From NCBI GenBank assembly GCA_965261935.1, contig OZ253485.1, positions 106,832 through 170,831 on the forward strand: a stretch of 64,000 nt of DNA, given 5' to 3'. Below, piece by piece: positions 27,025-37,238 of this stretch. The stretch comes from Dehalococcoidia bacterium. GTDB lineage: Bacteria > Chloroflexota > Dehalococcoidia > Lucifugimonadales > G963668185. A model generated the notes under the pieces. That model was not told the DNA's origin. It did no database searches and worked only from the letters and a program-made list of their open reading frames with translations. The stretch's first letter is position 1; each line of letters opens with the position of its first letter. The position numbers and the translations under genes are program-made.

Positions 27025-27843
27025 GTGCCACCCTTCGATCTGACCAATCACGTTGCGCTGGTTACCGGCGCAAATCACGGCATCGGCGCTGCCGCTGCGC
27101 GCGTCTTGGCCGATTGCGGCGCTCGCGTCCTGATTACATACCTTAGGCTCCAGGAAGACGAGTCCCCCGGGAGGCCGGAGGCGTTCCATCGCGCCCGCGC
27201 CTCCGATGGCGGTCCTGTCGTTGCCGCCATCCTCAGGAAGGGCGGGCTGGCCACCGCCGTAGAGGCTGACCTGGCCGATCCGCATTCGCCCCAGCGCCTG
27301 TTCGACATTGCCGAGGCCGAGCTTGGCCCGGTAGACATCCTGGTCAACAACGCCTCCGGAGGAGGCGGGAAGGACACATTCATTGGCGAGACCCGTGACC
27401 AGTTCGGTCGGCTCCTCCACCCAGTATCCGCCGAGACCTTCGAGCAGCAGTTTGCGGTGGATGCACGTGGCGCGGCCACTATGATCGCGGAGTTTGCAAG
27501 GCGCCACTCGGAGCGGGGCGCAACGTGGGGCCGCATCATCGGCCTGACATCCGGAAGGCCAGGTGGGTTCCCGGGCGAAGTCTCCTACGGCGCCGCCAAG
27601 GCAGCCCTTGAGAACTACACGATGTCTGCGGCCGTCGAGCTGGCTGACCTTGGAATCACCGCAAACGTCGTCTATCCGCCGGTTACCGACACCGGTTGGG
27701 TCACGGAAGAAGTAAGGCAGCACGTTCGTGAACGGCCGGACCTGGTCCACATCGCTGAGCCGGAAGACGTAGCGTATGTCATCGCCTACCTGGCGTCAGA
27801 CCATGCCCGCCTGATCACCGGAAACATCGTCCACCTGCGCTAG
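27025..27843 (+). CDS. Short-chain dehydrogenase/reductase (SDR)
   Basis: VALVTGANHGIGAAAA (TGxxxGIG), NNAS, YGAAKAAL (YxxxK). The GTG at 27025 with GGAG 8 nt upstream is preferred over the listed TTG at 26827. Confidence 0.85.
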   Translation: MPPFDLTNHVALVTGANHGIGAAAARVLADCGARVLITYLRLQEDESPGRPEAFHRARASDGGPVVAAILRKGGLATAVEADLADPHSPQRLFDIAEAELGPVDILVNNASGGGGKDTFIGETRDQFGRLLHPVSAETFEQQFAVDARGAATMIAEFARRHSERGATWGRIIGLTSGRPGGFPGEVSYGAAKAALENYTMSAAVELADLGITANVVYPPVTDTGWVTEEVRQHVRERPDLVHIAEPEDVAYVIAYLASDHARLITGNIVHLR

Positions 27844-27977
27844 GGAAGTCCTCACTGCCCTGGCCGGCGGAGTTGATTCTGTGAGGTGTCCCGCCTCCTG
27901 AAGTTCTACCCGGAGACCATCAACCGGTTCACACCCGCGGCCGCTGTCCGGAAGAGTAGAGTCGGCCGGATTCGAAA

Positions 27978-28274
27978 GTGTCTCCCATGCTGAAGCGAGC
28001 GAATGGGCGCGACGCTGTAGTCGGTGCTGTGGTGGGAGCGGCGCTCGGCGCCCTCATTGGTTGGGCCCTTGGCGATTTCGTGGGCGGCATCATTGGAGCC
28101 CTGATGGGGATGATGGTTGGTGCTGTGGTTGGAGCATTCGCGAACGTAAAACGTAATCGGGTACCGGACCTTCTACTACTAGTCCGTTCAAATGTCAGGA
28201 CTCCTGGCTGGATCTGCGGGCGCAGAGTTCTGATCCTGCGAATGAGCAACGCCTTCTGCTCTTCCCTCTGGTAA
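27978..28274 (+). CDS. Glycine-zipper small membrane protein
   Basis: VVGAVVGAALGALIGWALGDFVGGIIGALMGMMVGAVVGAF has repeated GxxxG. Confidence 0.5.
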   Translation: MSPMLKRANGRDAVVGAVVGAALGALIGWALGDFVGGIIGALMGMMVGAVVGAFANVKRNRVPDLLLLVRSNVRTPGWICGRRVLILRMSNAFCSSLW

Positions 28275-28694
28275 CGCCGTCCATCGGGTGGGGGAGACGC
28301 CGCCGCTCAGCAAACGAACGTCCATCGTTGATTAGTACGAATGGCCTCACCATTGCACCCGGTACGCGTAGCCTTGTAGTGTCTCCGCCTGAACGACGAT
28401 CGGAGCGCCTGTTCAGTCAACCGGTACACGTCTTCCCGTCGGAATACGTCGGCCTCCGCAACAAAGCACGCTGTCTCCACACTCCTCAGTCCCCCCGCAA
28501 ATTCGACCATACGGCATCGAGACTATCGAGTCCGATTAGGGTCGAAGCGGCGCTGGTGAGTCAGTCTTCGTACAGGCGTGACTTAGTAAGCGTAAGCGCG
28601 AACGTTGGCATCGCCGCCGCCATCCGTCTTGGGTCGAGATGTAGCCTGGGATTGGGTGTTGAGTCCCGCCGGACGGGTCACCTCACACGGAATG

Positions 28695-29558
28695 CTAGGG
28701 GAACTCAACAGTGGACAGGTCGATCTTGAACTCCGAATACCCCTGCAAGAAGCTTCGGTCCTTGCCATACTTTTGGAATTGCCCTACCAGAGTCTCCAAC
28801 CCTGAAAGGTTGAGTAGATCGAAATCAACTCTAGCCTTTTCTTCCCCGTGACCGCCGTTGTAGATGTCCCATTCAAGGGAGTTTTCTGTCCTTAGGCTTA
28901 GCGTGTAGTTGCCATCCACGGGATTGTTCCACCCGATGACGATTCCATCCGAGCTGACCTCGTAGAATGCACCAATCTCCGAGCCATCGATCGGGTACTG
29001 TTCTGGGGTTACAAGTACTACTGTCGACAGGTCAATCGTGAATTCTGAATGCTCCTCCAAGACCCTACCGTCTACGTCATGTTGCACAAAGAGGCCAACA
29101 AGGGCCTCTGTCCCTGAAAGATTGAACAGTTCATACTCCACCGGAGCGGCATCTTCCCTGTGGCCGCCGTAGTAGATGTTCCACTCGCTGGAGCCTTCAG
29201 TCTTTAGCAGAAGTGAGTAGCTGCCATCATCGGGATTCATCCACCTGATATCTATTCCCGCCTTGCTTATCTCGTAGTAAGCGTCAATCCCTGACCCAAT
29301 AATCGCGTTCTCTTCACGGGTTTCAGGAAGCTCTGACCCATCGGTCTCGTCCTGCGCAGGAGTTTCAGGAATCCCTGAGCCGTCGATCTCGTCCTGTTCA
29401 GGGGTTTCTGGAATCCCTGACCCATCGATCTCGTCTTGTACAGGCGTCTCGGGTCCCGTTTCAGGATCGTCGCTACAGGCCACAAGGCATATTGCAACCA
29501 GACAAGTGAGTGCGGAGAAAGTAACGGGAAGGAAGACCTTAGAGAGTGTCTGTCTCAT
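28695..29558 (-). CDS. Secreted lipoprotein with acidic PETP-x-QDE-x-DGS tandem repeats and two copies of an about 95-aa domain of unknown family
   Basis: Signal peptide with lipobox (LVAICLVAC|S). PETPVQDEIDGSGI / PETPEQDEIDGSGI / PETPAQDETDGSEL repeats. Duplicated module ...GIDAYYEISKAGIDIRWMNPDDGSYSLLLKTEGSSEWNIYYGGH...FTIDLSTV vs ...EIGAFYEVSSDGIVIGWNNPVDGNYTLSLRTENSLEWDIYNGGH...FKIDLSTV. GC is lower than in the neighbours. Confidence 0.7.
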   Translation of the reverse strand: MRQTLSKVFLPVTFSALTCLVAICLVACSDDPETGPETPVQDEIDGSGIPETPEQDEIDGSGIPETPAQDETDGSELPETREENAIIGSGIDAYYEISKAGIDIRWMNPDDGSYSLLLKTEGSSEWNIYYGGHREDAAPVEYELFNLSGTEALVGLFVQHDVDGRVLEEHSEFTIDLSTVVLVTPEQYPIDGSEIGAFYEVSSDGIVIGWNNPVDGNYTLSLRTENSLEWDIYNGGHGEEKARVDFDLLNLSGLETLVGQFQKYGKDRSFLQGYSEFKIDLSTVEFP

Positions 29559-30175
29559 CCTACGGCAACTTCACTGGTAGCGGCATTAGCTCGTTTCAGT
29601 CTTGGATACAAAACTGGGTGCTTCAGCTTGCTGTTCTCACCATTCCGTAATTTTAGTGACCTTGACCTGTCAGCAGCCTATGTCGCACCTGCTGGGATCA
29701 ATACACAGGCCCGGCAGCCTTTCGCCGAGAGACCGATCAGACAGCACCTGGACGCTGGCAGGCGCATCTGTCAGTTGACCCTTGATGTAACTTCCGAGCC
29801 TGACTGCACCTGCGTGGCCAACATCTCCTAACAATGGCTTCTAGCGTGTTGACGTATTGAAGGGACCGGCTCACATGGTGATTCCAAGTTGAATTGAGTG
29901 CCACATTATACCCTCGGTCTCCGAGGGTATAGGTTGGAAAGAGTCTCAGAAGAGCCGATGGCGCCTTAGGACTAGGTTGCTGACCACGAACCCTGGCGTT
30001 GGGGTAGCGCAGCAAGTCGTGTCCCTGTCCCTGCCCGTTGCGAAGCGCTTTGTAGGTTTTGAGGCGAATCAGAGCATGGCACGCAACTCAGAATGCGTGT
30101 CTTCGCCATTGATGTCGGTCCGCGCAACACGACGCGCGGACCACGCACCGCCTCAGACCGACCGCAAACGCAGCC

Positions 30176-31246
30176 CTACGGCAGCGGGCTCCAGCGCAGG
30201 CCGAGCGCGACGGCCGCTAGCGCGAGCAAGGCGCTTACTCCGGTCAGCACAGCCGACACCTCCGTGCGCACCTCCTGCTTCTCGATCTGTACCGGTATCG
30301 TCGAAAAGACCTCCAGTAGCTCGTCTGCACCCTCAGCCAGGTAGTACTCGGCGCTCGTTATGTCGGCAATTCGGCTCAGGGTCCACTCGTCCGGCATCAG
30401 GAAGTTACCGAATCCTCCACCAAAGTTCCCGAACCCTGCGCGCCTCAGACGGCCGGGCAGTTCGCCTCCCCCAAGCTGTTCAGGAGTGCACCTGAGCACC
30501 GCTCGCCCCGACGTCCCGAAGCCTACGGTGTATACACGCACCCCCCTGTCACGCGCGGCGTGGGCGGCGATCAGGGGTCTCACTCCACGATTGCTCGCCC
30601 CGTCGGTGAGCAGCACGATCACGTCCGGCTGCAGGTTCTCGTCCAGGCCCAGGTCGCTCGCATTGTCGTCCCGAGCCATGTACACGCTCACGGGCGGGAT
30701 CTCAGGGTTGACCTCGGCCAGCGCGTCAAGCGACCGCGCGATGGCGCTGCCCACGGCCGTACCCATCCCCGTGGTCAGATTGGCAACCGCTTCGGAGAGC
30801 TCCTCCCTGTCCGTCGTGGGCGGTACGACCACCTGGGCCATGCCGGCAAACGCAACGATCCCAACGCGCGTGCCCGGCTCCTGGCTGTCGATAAACCTCT
30901 CGGTGGCCTCTTGGGCGACCGTGAGCCTGTTGGGAGACACGTCATCGGCGCACATGCTCCACGAAACATCCAGCGCCAGCATGACGGTGGTCCGGTTGGA
31001 CGCCACGGTCACGTCGGCGAAGGGACGCGCAAGCGCCAGGATGAGAAGCGTGATGGCAAGCACCATGAGTGCAAATGGCACATGGCGCCGCCATCGCAGC
31101 CTCCCCGGCATCGCCTGCTGTATCAGGGAAAGGCTGGAGTAATGCACGGCAAACCGTCGCCTTCGCCTCAGGACAAGCGCGTACGCTGTCACTATCAGCG
31201 GAATCGCGGCTAGGAGTAGAAGGAATGTCGGCCAGGAAAACCCCAT
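30176..31246 (-). CDS. VWA domain membrane protein (BatA/BatB-like)
   Basis: N-terminal TM followed by an RRRRR stretch; MLALDVSWSM MIDAS (DxSxS); C-terminal TM. Confidence 0.85.
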   Translation of the reverse strand: MGFSWPTFLLLLAAIPLIVTAYALVLRRRRRFAVHYSSLSLIQQAMPGRLRWRRHVPFALMVLAITLLILALARPFADVTVASNRTTVMLALDVSWSMCADDVSPNRLTVAQEATERFIDSQEPGTRVGIVAFAGMAQVVVPPTTDREELSEAVANLTTGMGTAVGSAIARSLDALAEVNPEIPPVSVYMARDDNASDLGLDENLQPDVIVLLTDGASNRGVRPLIAAHAARDRGVRVYTVGFGTSGRAVLRCTPEQLGGGELPGRLRRAGFGNFGGGFGNFLMPDEWTLSRIADITSAEYYLAEGADELLEVFSTIPVQIEKQEVRTEVSAVLTGVSALLALAAVALGLRWSPLP

Positions 31247-31259
31247 CTCTTACCTCCGG

Positions 31260-32258
31260 CTATGGCGCCCGGCCAAACCAGATCAGCGAGAGCAGCCCGC
31301 CCGCGATGAGAAGCAGCGCGCCGATGCCTCCGAAGGCGGACGTGACTTCGAACTCGCGTGATTCAACAACGAACTCGGTCTCCAACTGCTCGTACACAGA
31401 GGAAAAATCGTCGACGTCCTCAATCCTGAAGTAGTCGCCCTCCGTCAGCAGCGCAATCTCCTGCAACAGCGGCTCGTCCAGTTGTGTGAACATGCTGAAC
31501 CCGTCGATGTCAATCGTCGCTCCCTCAGTCGTCCCGATCCCGACGGTATGCACACGCACTCCGCGGTCGGCGGCCGCCTGTGCTGCCTCCAGCGGGTTCG
31601 GTGGATCGGTGTTCTCGCCGTCGGTCAGCAGCACGATGACCGCCCGCGCGAAGGCGGCCTCGTGCCCGCCGCCTACCGTAAGCGCCGAGTCCGTCGGGCC
31701 GGGTCCGATTTCCCGCGAGATGAGTTCGAGCGCAGTCAGTATTCCCGTACCCAGCGACGTCGCGCTCTGCGGGACCAGCAGGTCGATGGTCGCCGTCAAC
31801 TCCTCCTCATCGTCGGTCGGCGCACGCACCACGAGCCCGCCCTCCCCGAACGACACGACGCCGATGCTCGTGCCGCTGGGCCGCCCGTCCACAAGCGCTC
31901 TGGCTGCCAGCTTGGTTGCCTCCATTCTCGTGGGCTCCACGTCGTCGGCAACCATGCTCGACGACACGTCCAATGTAAGCACCACCGTACCCTCCATTCG
32001 CGGAACTGGCAGTGTGAGTTGGGGCCGCGCCGAAGCCAGCGTCAGCACTACGACTCCAATCAGAATGACGATCGGTGGGATGTGGCGCCTCCGTCCCGGC
32101 AATGCCCCAACCGCATCTCCTGGGCTGCCTTGCATCGCTCCCATTGCGCCCAGTCTGGCCGCGCTCCCGCTCCTCCGCCGCTGCAGTCCCGCATACAGAT
32201 AGACGCACGCGGGCAACGCAAGTAGCGATAAGAGGACCCACGGCCAGATGAAGGACAC
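31260..32258 (-). CDS. VWA domain membrane protein (BatA/BatB-like)
   Basis: MSFIWPWVLLSLLALP...LQRRR N-terminus; VLTLDVSSSM MIDAS; C-terminal TM. Confidence 0.85.
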   Translation of the reverse strand: MSFIWPWVLLSLLALPACVYLYAGLQRRRSGSAARLGAMGAMQGSPGDAVGALPGRRRHIPPIVILIGVVVLTLASARPQLTLPVPRMEGTVVLTLDVSSSMVADDVEPTRMEATKLAARALVDGRPSGTSIGVVSFGEGGLVVRAPTDDEEELTATIDLLVPQSATSLGTGILTALELISREIGPGPTDSALTVGGGHEAAFARAVIVLLTDGENTDPPNPLEAAQAAADRGVRVHTVGIGTTEGATIDIDGFSMFTQLDEPLLQEIALLTEGDYFRIEDVDDFSSVYEQLETEFVVESREFEVTSAFGGIGALLLIAGGLLSLIWFGRAP

Positions 32259-32271
32259 CGCTCTTCTTTCC

Positions 32272-33195
32272 TTACCGCCGCAGGCCCTTCGCCCTGTTGC
32301 GCAGCGCGGCGAAACGAAGGATGGCCAGTACGAGGTCTTGCTCCGTGGACAGCGGCAGATCGTCCACTCCCGCTCGCTTGAAGCTGAGTGCCAGCTCTGC
32401 CTCGCGCCGTTGCGCAGCCTCTCGAAACCGCCGTCGGAATCCCTTGTCGCTTGTGTCCACGCTCATCTGGACACCTGTCTCCGAGTCCTCAACGAGTACG
32501 ACCCCGACGTCCGGAAGGTCTGTCTCCCGTGGGTCCCAGAGCCGAACGGCCAGAAGCTCGTGCTTCCTGTTCAGGCGGTCCATGGCGGGCTCCCAGCCGG
32601 GCAGGCAGATGAAGTCCGAAGCCACGATGATGAGCGAGCGCCGCTTGACGGTGTTGAACGCGGACTCAAGCAGCTTTGTTAGGTCCGTCATGGCTCCGCC
32701 CGACGAAGACTGCTGCCTCTGGATGTCGTTGATGAGCCTGAGCACTTGACGGCGTCCGCCGCGAGGAGGGACCGCGTGCGTGACATCGTTGTCGTACAAC
32801 ACTGCGCCCACTCGGTTCCCATTGCGTGTCAGCAGGCGCGCCAGCAACCCCACCAGGTCCACGATGACATTCGCCTTGCGCCGCTCCGGCCCTCCGAAGT
32901 CCATCGATGGGCTCAGGTCCAGCAGGAACCACGCCGTGACTTCGCGGTCTTCGAGGTATCGGCGCACGTATGGTGAATCCATCCGCGCGGTGACATTCCA
33001 GTCGATGTGTCGGATATCGTCCGGCGGCTGGTACTCCCGCAGCTCGGCGAAGTCCAGCCCTCCGCCCATGAAGAGACTCCGGTAGTCTCCGTGCAGAATC
33101 CCGTCGAGACGCCGCACCACCTGCCAGTCGAGCCGGTGCAGCACACGCTCGGGGGTCTCCGGGCCGCTAGCTTGGACGGGAGCCTGCGTACTCAC
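32272..33195 (-). CDS. DUF58 family protein
   Basis: GDYRSLFMGGGLDFAELREYQPPDDIRHIDWNVTAR is a hallmark of DUF58. Its position between MoxR and VWA genes fits. Confidence 0.85.
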   Translation of the reverse strand: MSTQAPVQASGPETPERVLHRLDWQVVRRLDGILHGDYRSLFMGGGLDFAELREYQPPDDIRHIDWNVTARMDSPYVRRYLEDREVTAWFLLDLSPSMDFGGPERRKANVIVDLVGLLARLLTRNGNRVGAVLYDNDVTHAVPPRGGRRQVLRLINDIQRQQSSSGGAMTDLTKLLESAFNTVKRRSLIIVASDFICLPGWEPAMDRLNRKHELLAVRLWDPRETDLPDVGVVLVEDSETGVQMSVDTSDKGFRRRFREAAQRREAELALSFKRAGVDDLPLSTEQDLVLAILRFAALRNRAKGLRR

Positions 33196-34165
33196 GTAAA
33201 GGCACCTCCGGCAACGAGACTGCCTCCATAAGGCTGTCGAGGATGTCGTCGCTCTGGACGTTGTCCGAGAGCGCTTCGTAAGAAAGCACGAGCCGGTGCC
33301 TCATAACGTCGAGGGCCACGTCGCGGACGTCCTGCGGCAGCGCGTAATCGCGCCCGCGCACAAACGCGAGGGCGCGTCCCGCGACGATCAGGTTGATGGA
33401 CGCGCGGGGGCTTGCGCCGAAAAGTATGTACCGCTTCAGATCGCCCAGTCCGCACATCTCAGGTTCGCGCGAAGACGACACCAGCTTCACCGAGTAGTCG
33501 ATTAGCGCGGGGTCAACGTAGACGCCGTCCGCCCGGCGTTGCATGGCTAGCAGCCCGTCGGGATCGAAGATCGGCGCCACGTCCTGTAGAGCGCCCGTCA
33601 TGCGCTCCACGATCACGAACTCCTCGGTCGTGCTCGGATATCCGACAAGTACCTTGAGCATGAAGCGGTCCACTTGCGCCTCTGGCAGCGGGTAGGTGCC
33701 CTCCGACTCGATTGGGTTCTGTGTAGCCATGACCAGGAAGGGACTGGGCACGGGATACGTCTCGCGCCCTATGGTCACCTGCCGCTCCTGCATCACCTCC
33801 AGCAGCGCGCTCTGCACCTTGGCCGGGGCGCGGTTGATCTCATCTGCAAGCAGCAGGTTTGTAAACACTGGTCCCAGCGAAGTGTTGAACTCCCCTGTCC
33901 TCTGGTTGTAGATGCGGGTCCCTACGAGGTCCGCGGGCATGAGATCTGGTGTGAACTGGATTCGCTGGAACTCGCCGCCCACTGCCTGCGCCAGTGTCTT
34001 TACGGCCATGGTCTTTGCCAGTCCCGGGACGCCCTCCACCAGGATGTGCCCTCTGGCCAGCAGTGCCACCACCATCCGCTCCAGAAGATGGTCCTGGCCC
34101 ACAATTACCTTCTTCACCTCGTACAGGACCCGTTCCATCGGTTCCCTGCCGCCGTCGTTGGTCAT
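33167..34165 (-). CDS. MoxR-like AAA+ ATPase
   Basis: ILVEGVPGLAKT (Walker A), LLADEINRA (Walker B), AAA_3 layout. Confidence 0.9.
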   Translation of the reverse strand: MTNDGGREPMERVLYEVKKVIVGQDHLLERMVVALLARGHILVEGVPGLAKTMAVKTLAQAVGGEFQRIQFTPDLMPADLVGTRIYNQRTGEFNTSLGPVFTNLLLADEINRAPAKVQSALLEVMQERQVTIGRETYPVPSPFLVMATQNPIESEGTYPLPEAQVDRFMLKVLVGYPSTTEEFVIVERMTGALQDVAPIFDPDGLLAMQRRADGVYVDPALIDYSVKLVSSSREPEMCGLGDLKRYILFGASPRASINLIVAGRALAFVRGRDYALPQDVRDVALDVMRHRLVLSYEALSDNVQSDDILDSLMEAVSLPEVPLREYAGSRPS

Positions 34166-34189
34166 AGTCGATTCATTCCCCCGGCTCGT

Positions 34190-35176
34190 CTATTGGTCTG
34201 GCCCTCCCGCGGCGCTGGCTGCCGCGTCGATGGGCACCGCGAAACCTATTCCAATGAAGAAGTCTTGTTCGGTTGAGTTGGCCAGCCCCGTGACGATGCC
34301 CACAACCTGCCCCCGGTTGTTCAGCAGCGGGCCGCCCGAGTTACCTGGGTTAACTGCGGCATCGAACTGGATCAGCCCTCCGATCGGGTCGTCCCTGTCC
34401 GAGGGCAGGTACTCGCGGTTGAGACCGGACACGACGCCCGCGCTCAACGACGCTACCAGGCCCAGCGGGTTGCCCACCGCGAACACCTCGTCTCCTACGC
34501 TCAGCCTCGATGGGTTGCCGATCGTCGCCGGCGTTACTAGTCTCGGAATCCGCGCGGGCGTCAACACGGCGATGTCTCGCTCCGCGTCGATGTTGGCGAT
34601 CGTGGCGGATGTCAGCGTCCCGTCCGCATAGGCGATCTTCATGTCCGTTGATCCCTGGACCACATGCAGCGCGGTGAGCACCTCCGCATCGCTGTTGACC
34701 ACAACTCCGGCCCCGATGCCGATGCCGTTCATTTCGCCGGCAATGTCCGTCTGCACGACGACCAGCGACGGCAATATGGCCTGGTAGACCAGCGCGGAGA
34801 CGGCCGGTTTCTGCGCCTGTGCGCTCAGAGCGTCCGCGACTTCCGCCTCCACGTCGACCGGCGCGGCCTCTTGAACCTTTGCATCGGAGTCGTCCCAGAG
34901 CAGGAAGGCGATGAGCAGCGCCATTGCTCCGAATGCGGCGGCCGTCAGTACGCCGGACCGCTCACGCAGGATACGGCGCGGCCCACTCCAACTACGGGGT
35001 CCTGGGAAAGTGGGCCCAGCCGGCGCCTCGGTGCTTTGGGGTTCGGCGTCGGGTACGTGTCCGTATCGTTGCATTGTTGCGGCTCGCGTACGCTCCCTCC
35101 CGGCTCCCATCCGCACGGACCTCAACCCCGTCCGCGGCGTTGCCTCGCTTATGGGTTCGACGCGTTCATCGCTCAA
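34190..35176 (-). CDS. Membrane-anchored trypsin-like (S1C) serine protease without an obvious PDZ domain
   Basis: TM helix AAFGAMALLIAFLLW. Catalytic triad context TALHVV / DIAVL / NPGNSGGPLLN. Confidence 0.8.
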   Translation of the reverse strand: MSDERVEPISEATPRTGLRSVRMGAGRERTRAATMQRYGHVPDAEPQSTEAPAGPTFPGPRSWSGPRRILRERSGVLTAAAFGAMALLIAFLLWDDSDAKVQEAAPVDVEAEVADALSAQAQKPAVSALVYQAILPSLVVVQTDIAGEMNGIGIGAGVVVNSDAEVLTALHVVQGSTDMKIAYADGTLTSATIANIDAERDIAVLTPARIPRLVTPATIGNPSRLSVGDEVFAVGNPLGLVASLSAGVVSGLNREYLPSDRDDPIGGLIQFDAAVNPGNSGGPLLNNRGQVVGIVTGLANSTEQDFFIGIGFAVPIDAAASAAGGPDQ

Positions 35177-35867
35177 GCGTATCGTGCCCGTGTTAAGGAA
35201 TTGTGAAGAGATCGCGGCTTCACATGTTGCCCGGCAGACATTCGGGCCAAACTGGCCGTTACTGACGTCTTAGCTGTGACGACTGGATGACCGCCACCGC
35301 CGTGGACCTCGCCGTCCCCAACCATGCTCATCTCTCCCACCGCCCCGCCTGTGGCTCAAGCACTTTCGACTCCAGTTTGCCCCGCCCCTCTGGACTGCGC
35401 AAGTGATTGGACAACAGTTCAGACTTCCGAGGATGCAATACCGTTCGCCCCGAGCCCCTCCTGAGCCTGCCGAAGGGGCCTGTCAAAAGACACATCCTCA
35501 GTCGCCGCCCGTTCTGGTCCCGCAATGCACTCGCCAGTTCCCAAGCGGCTCACCACGAACGGGCTGAGGCCTCAGACTACTGAACAGTTACGTGACTAGG
35601 CGTATGCGCCGCTCCCGCACGCTCCGGCGCTCCGTCGAAGTCATCGCCCTGAACGCCAAGTTGCCACACCGGGACAGGGCCTGCGGAGGGTCATGGAGCG
35701 AAGTCCGCCCCGTCGCCTAGCGGCAAGTGTCGGCACCGCACTACCCGATTCGGCCCGCGCGCCGCCGACCGACTCCCCGCGATCCGCTGCCGGCGCTACA
35801 CTCCGTCCGCCAGCTTAGCGTAGCCGGAAACGAGGCAGCCTCGTCCCCCAGGCCCCTTGCGCGCGCG

Positions 35868-36611
35868 TTACTGGCGCCTGTAGGTGTAGCGGGCGTTGGG
35901 CCCTTCGAGGATGGCGCGCTGGTTGTCGGTGAGGCCTTCGTAGTCGTCGGGGTCGAGGAAGTCGGCCGACCATGAGAGCGGGTGCGGGCTGTACTTGAAA
36001 AATATGGTGCGCCGCTCGTCGGCCCCCTTCCAGGGCAGCGTGCCGTGAGTGAGCGCCTCAGTGAATAGAATGGCTGTACCAGCCGGGCCCGTGACGCGCT
36101 CGACGAGCGGGCCGGGCTCGTCCATCTCTTTCCACTCATCCGGGAACGGGTAGTTGCTCTTGTGAGAGCCGGGCACGCAGCCGAATCCGCCGTCGTCGGG
36201 GCCCACGTCCTTGAGGTTGTAGGCCACCACCGACAGCCCGTTATGCATCATCCCGCTCTCGAAACGGAAGTAGTGAGTGGGGTTGAATGGGACCGCGCCG
36301 CCGTGGAGGCTCGTGCCTATCGGACCTTTGCCCGACCTGATCACGTCGAGGTAGACGTGGTCGAGCCGGAACTGATCGCCTAGCAGCTCGGCCAGGTACG
36401 GCGTCACCGTCGGACTATCTATGAGGTCGCGGTACTCCTTGGACCAGTCGAGCAGGGGCACGAACCTGTGGGTGCGCATGTCCGGCGGGCACTCGGCGGC
36501 GATGCGCTGGTCGAGCACACTGTTGAGCTTCGCGATCTGCTCCCTGCTCAGCGCCCCCGGCACGACGAGGTATCCTTGGAGGTCGAACAGGTATCGCTCG
36601 TGGTCGTTCAT
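35868..36611 (-). CDS. Phytanoyl-CoA dioxygenase (PhyH) family Fe(II)/2-oxoglutarate oxygenase
   Basis: LFDLQGYLVVPGALS N-terminus, HxD-like LDHVY, CVPGSHK motif. Confidence 0.8.
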   Translation of the reverse strand: MNDHERYLFDLQGYLVVPGALSREQIAKLNSVLDQRIAAECPPDMRTHRFVPLLDWSKEYRDLIDSPTVTPYLAELLGDQFRLDHVYLDVIRSGKGPIGTSLHGGAVPFNPTHYFRFESGMMHNGLSVVAYNLKDVGPDDGGFGCVPGSHKSNYPFPDEWKEMDEPGPLVERVTGPAGTAILFTEALTHGTLPWKGADERRTIFFKYSPHPLSWSADFLDPDDYEGLTDNQRAILEGPNARYTYRRQ

Positions 36612-37040
36612 GGGTTGCCTCCTTCTAGCGGTTGGTTGGGCTCAGCAGCCGCGCATCTTTCGCGGGGTTATGTGCAGGGTCACATTTTAGTCGAGAGCGA
36701 TCTTTCCCGGGGCCCTTCCCAGTGCCCCTTTCTGCGGCTGTACATCTTGCGGTTGTCACGGTCCTTGCCCGTCGAGGTCGACACGGGCGTCGCCGGACAG
36801 CACGCCGGCGCGCTCACCTTCGAAAACGTTGTTGAACAAGCCCGCCCGCCCGGCTCGGTCAGCCACAGGCTCCCCTGCATGGACGCCGCTGGGAGTCCTC
36901 CTAATAGATAGACGCCGGGAAATTCCGATACTTCACGCGTGCCTTGTACTCTGCCCACTTTCGGCGTCGTACTTCTCCTCGCAGTGCCTTTCGTCGTCTC
37001 GTTGACGGAAGGTGACCAGCGTGACCACGAAGACAAAGTA

Positions 37041-37238
37041 GAGCCTGCCCCAACGCCGTTCGCCCTGAGCTTGTCGAAGGGCCGTGCCGATCAGTCCCAT
37101 CTCCCTTGATGGGAGAGGGTTAGGGTGATACCCCGCCGCGAGTGGCACGAAGAGCCTGCCCCAACGCCGTTCGCCCTGAGCTTGTCGAAGGGCCGTGCCT
37201 ACCAGTCCCCTCTCCCTTGATGGGAGAGGGTTAGGGTG
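37041..37238. repeat. Tandem REP-like composite repeat (111-bp period, about 1.8 units; the third unit continues at 38545-38625 beyond the IS)
   Basis: The unit is GAGCCTGCCCCAACGCCGTTCGCCCTGAGCTTGTCGAAGGGCCGTGCC..CAGTCCC.TCTCCCTTGATGGGAGAGGGTTAGGGTGATACCCCGCCGCGAGTGGCACGAA. Units start at 37041 and 37152. Confidence 0.85.
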
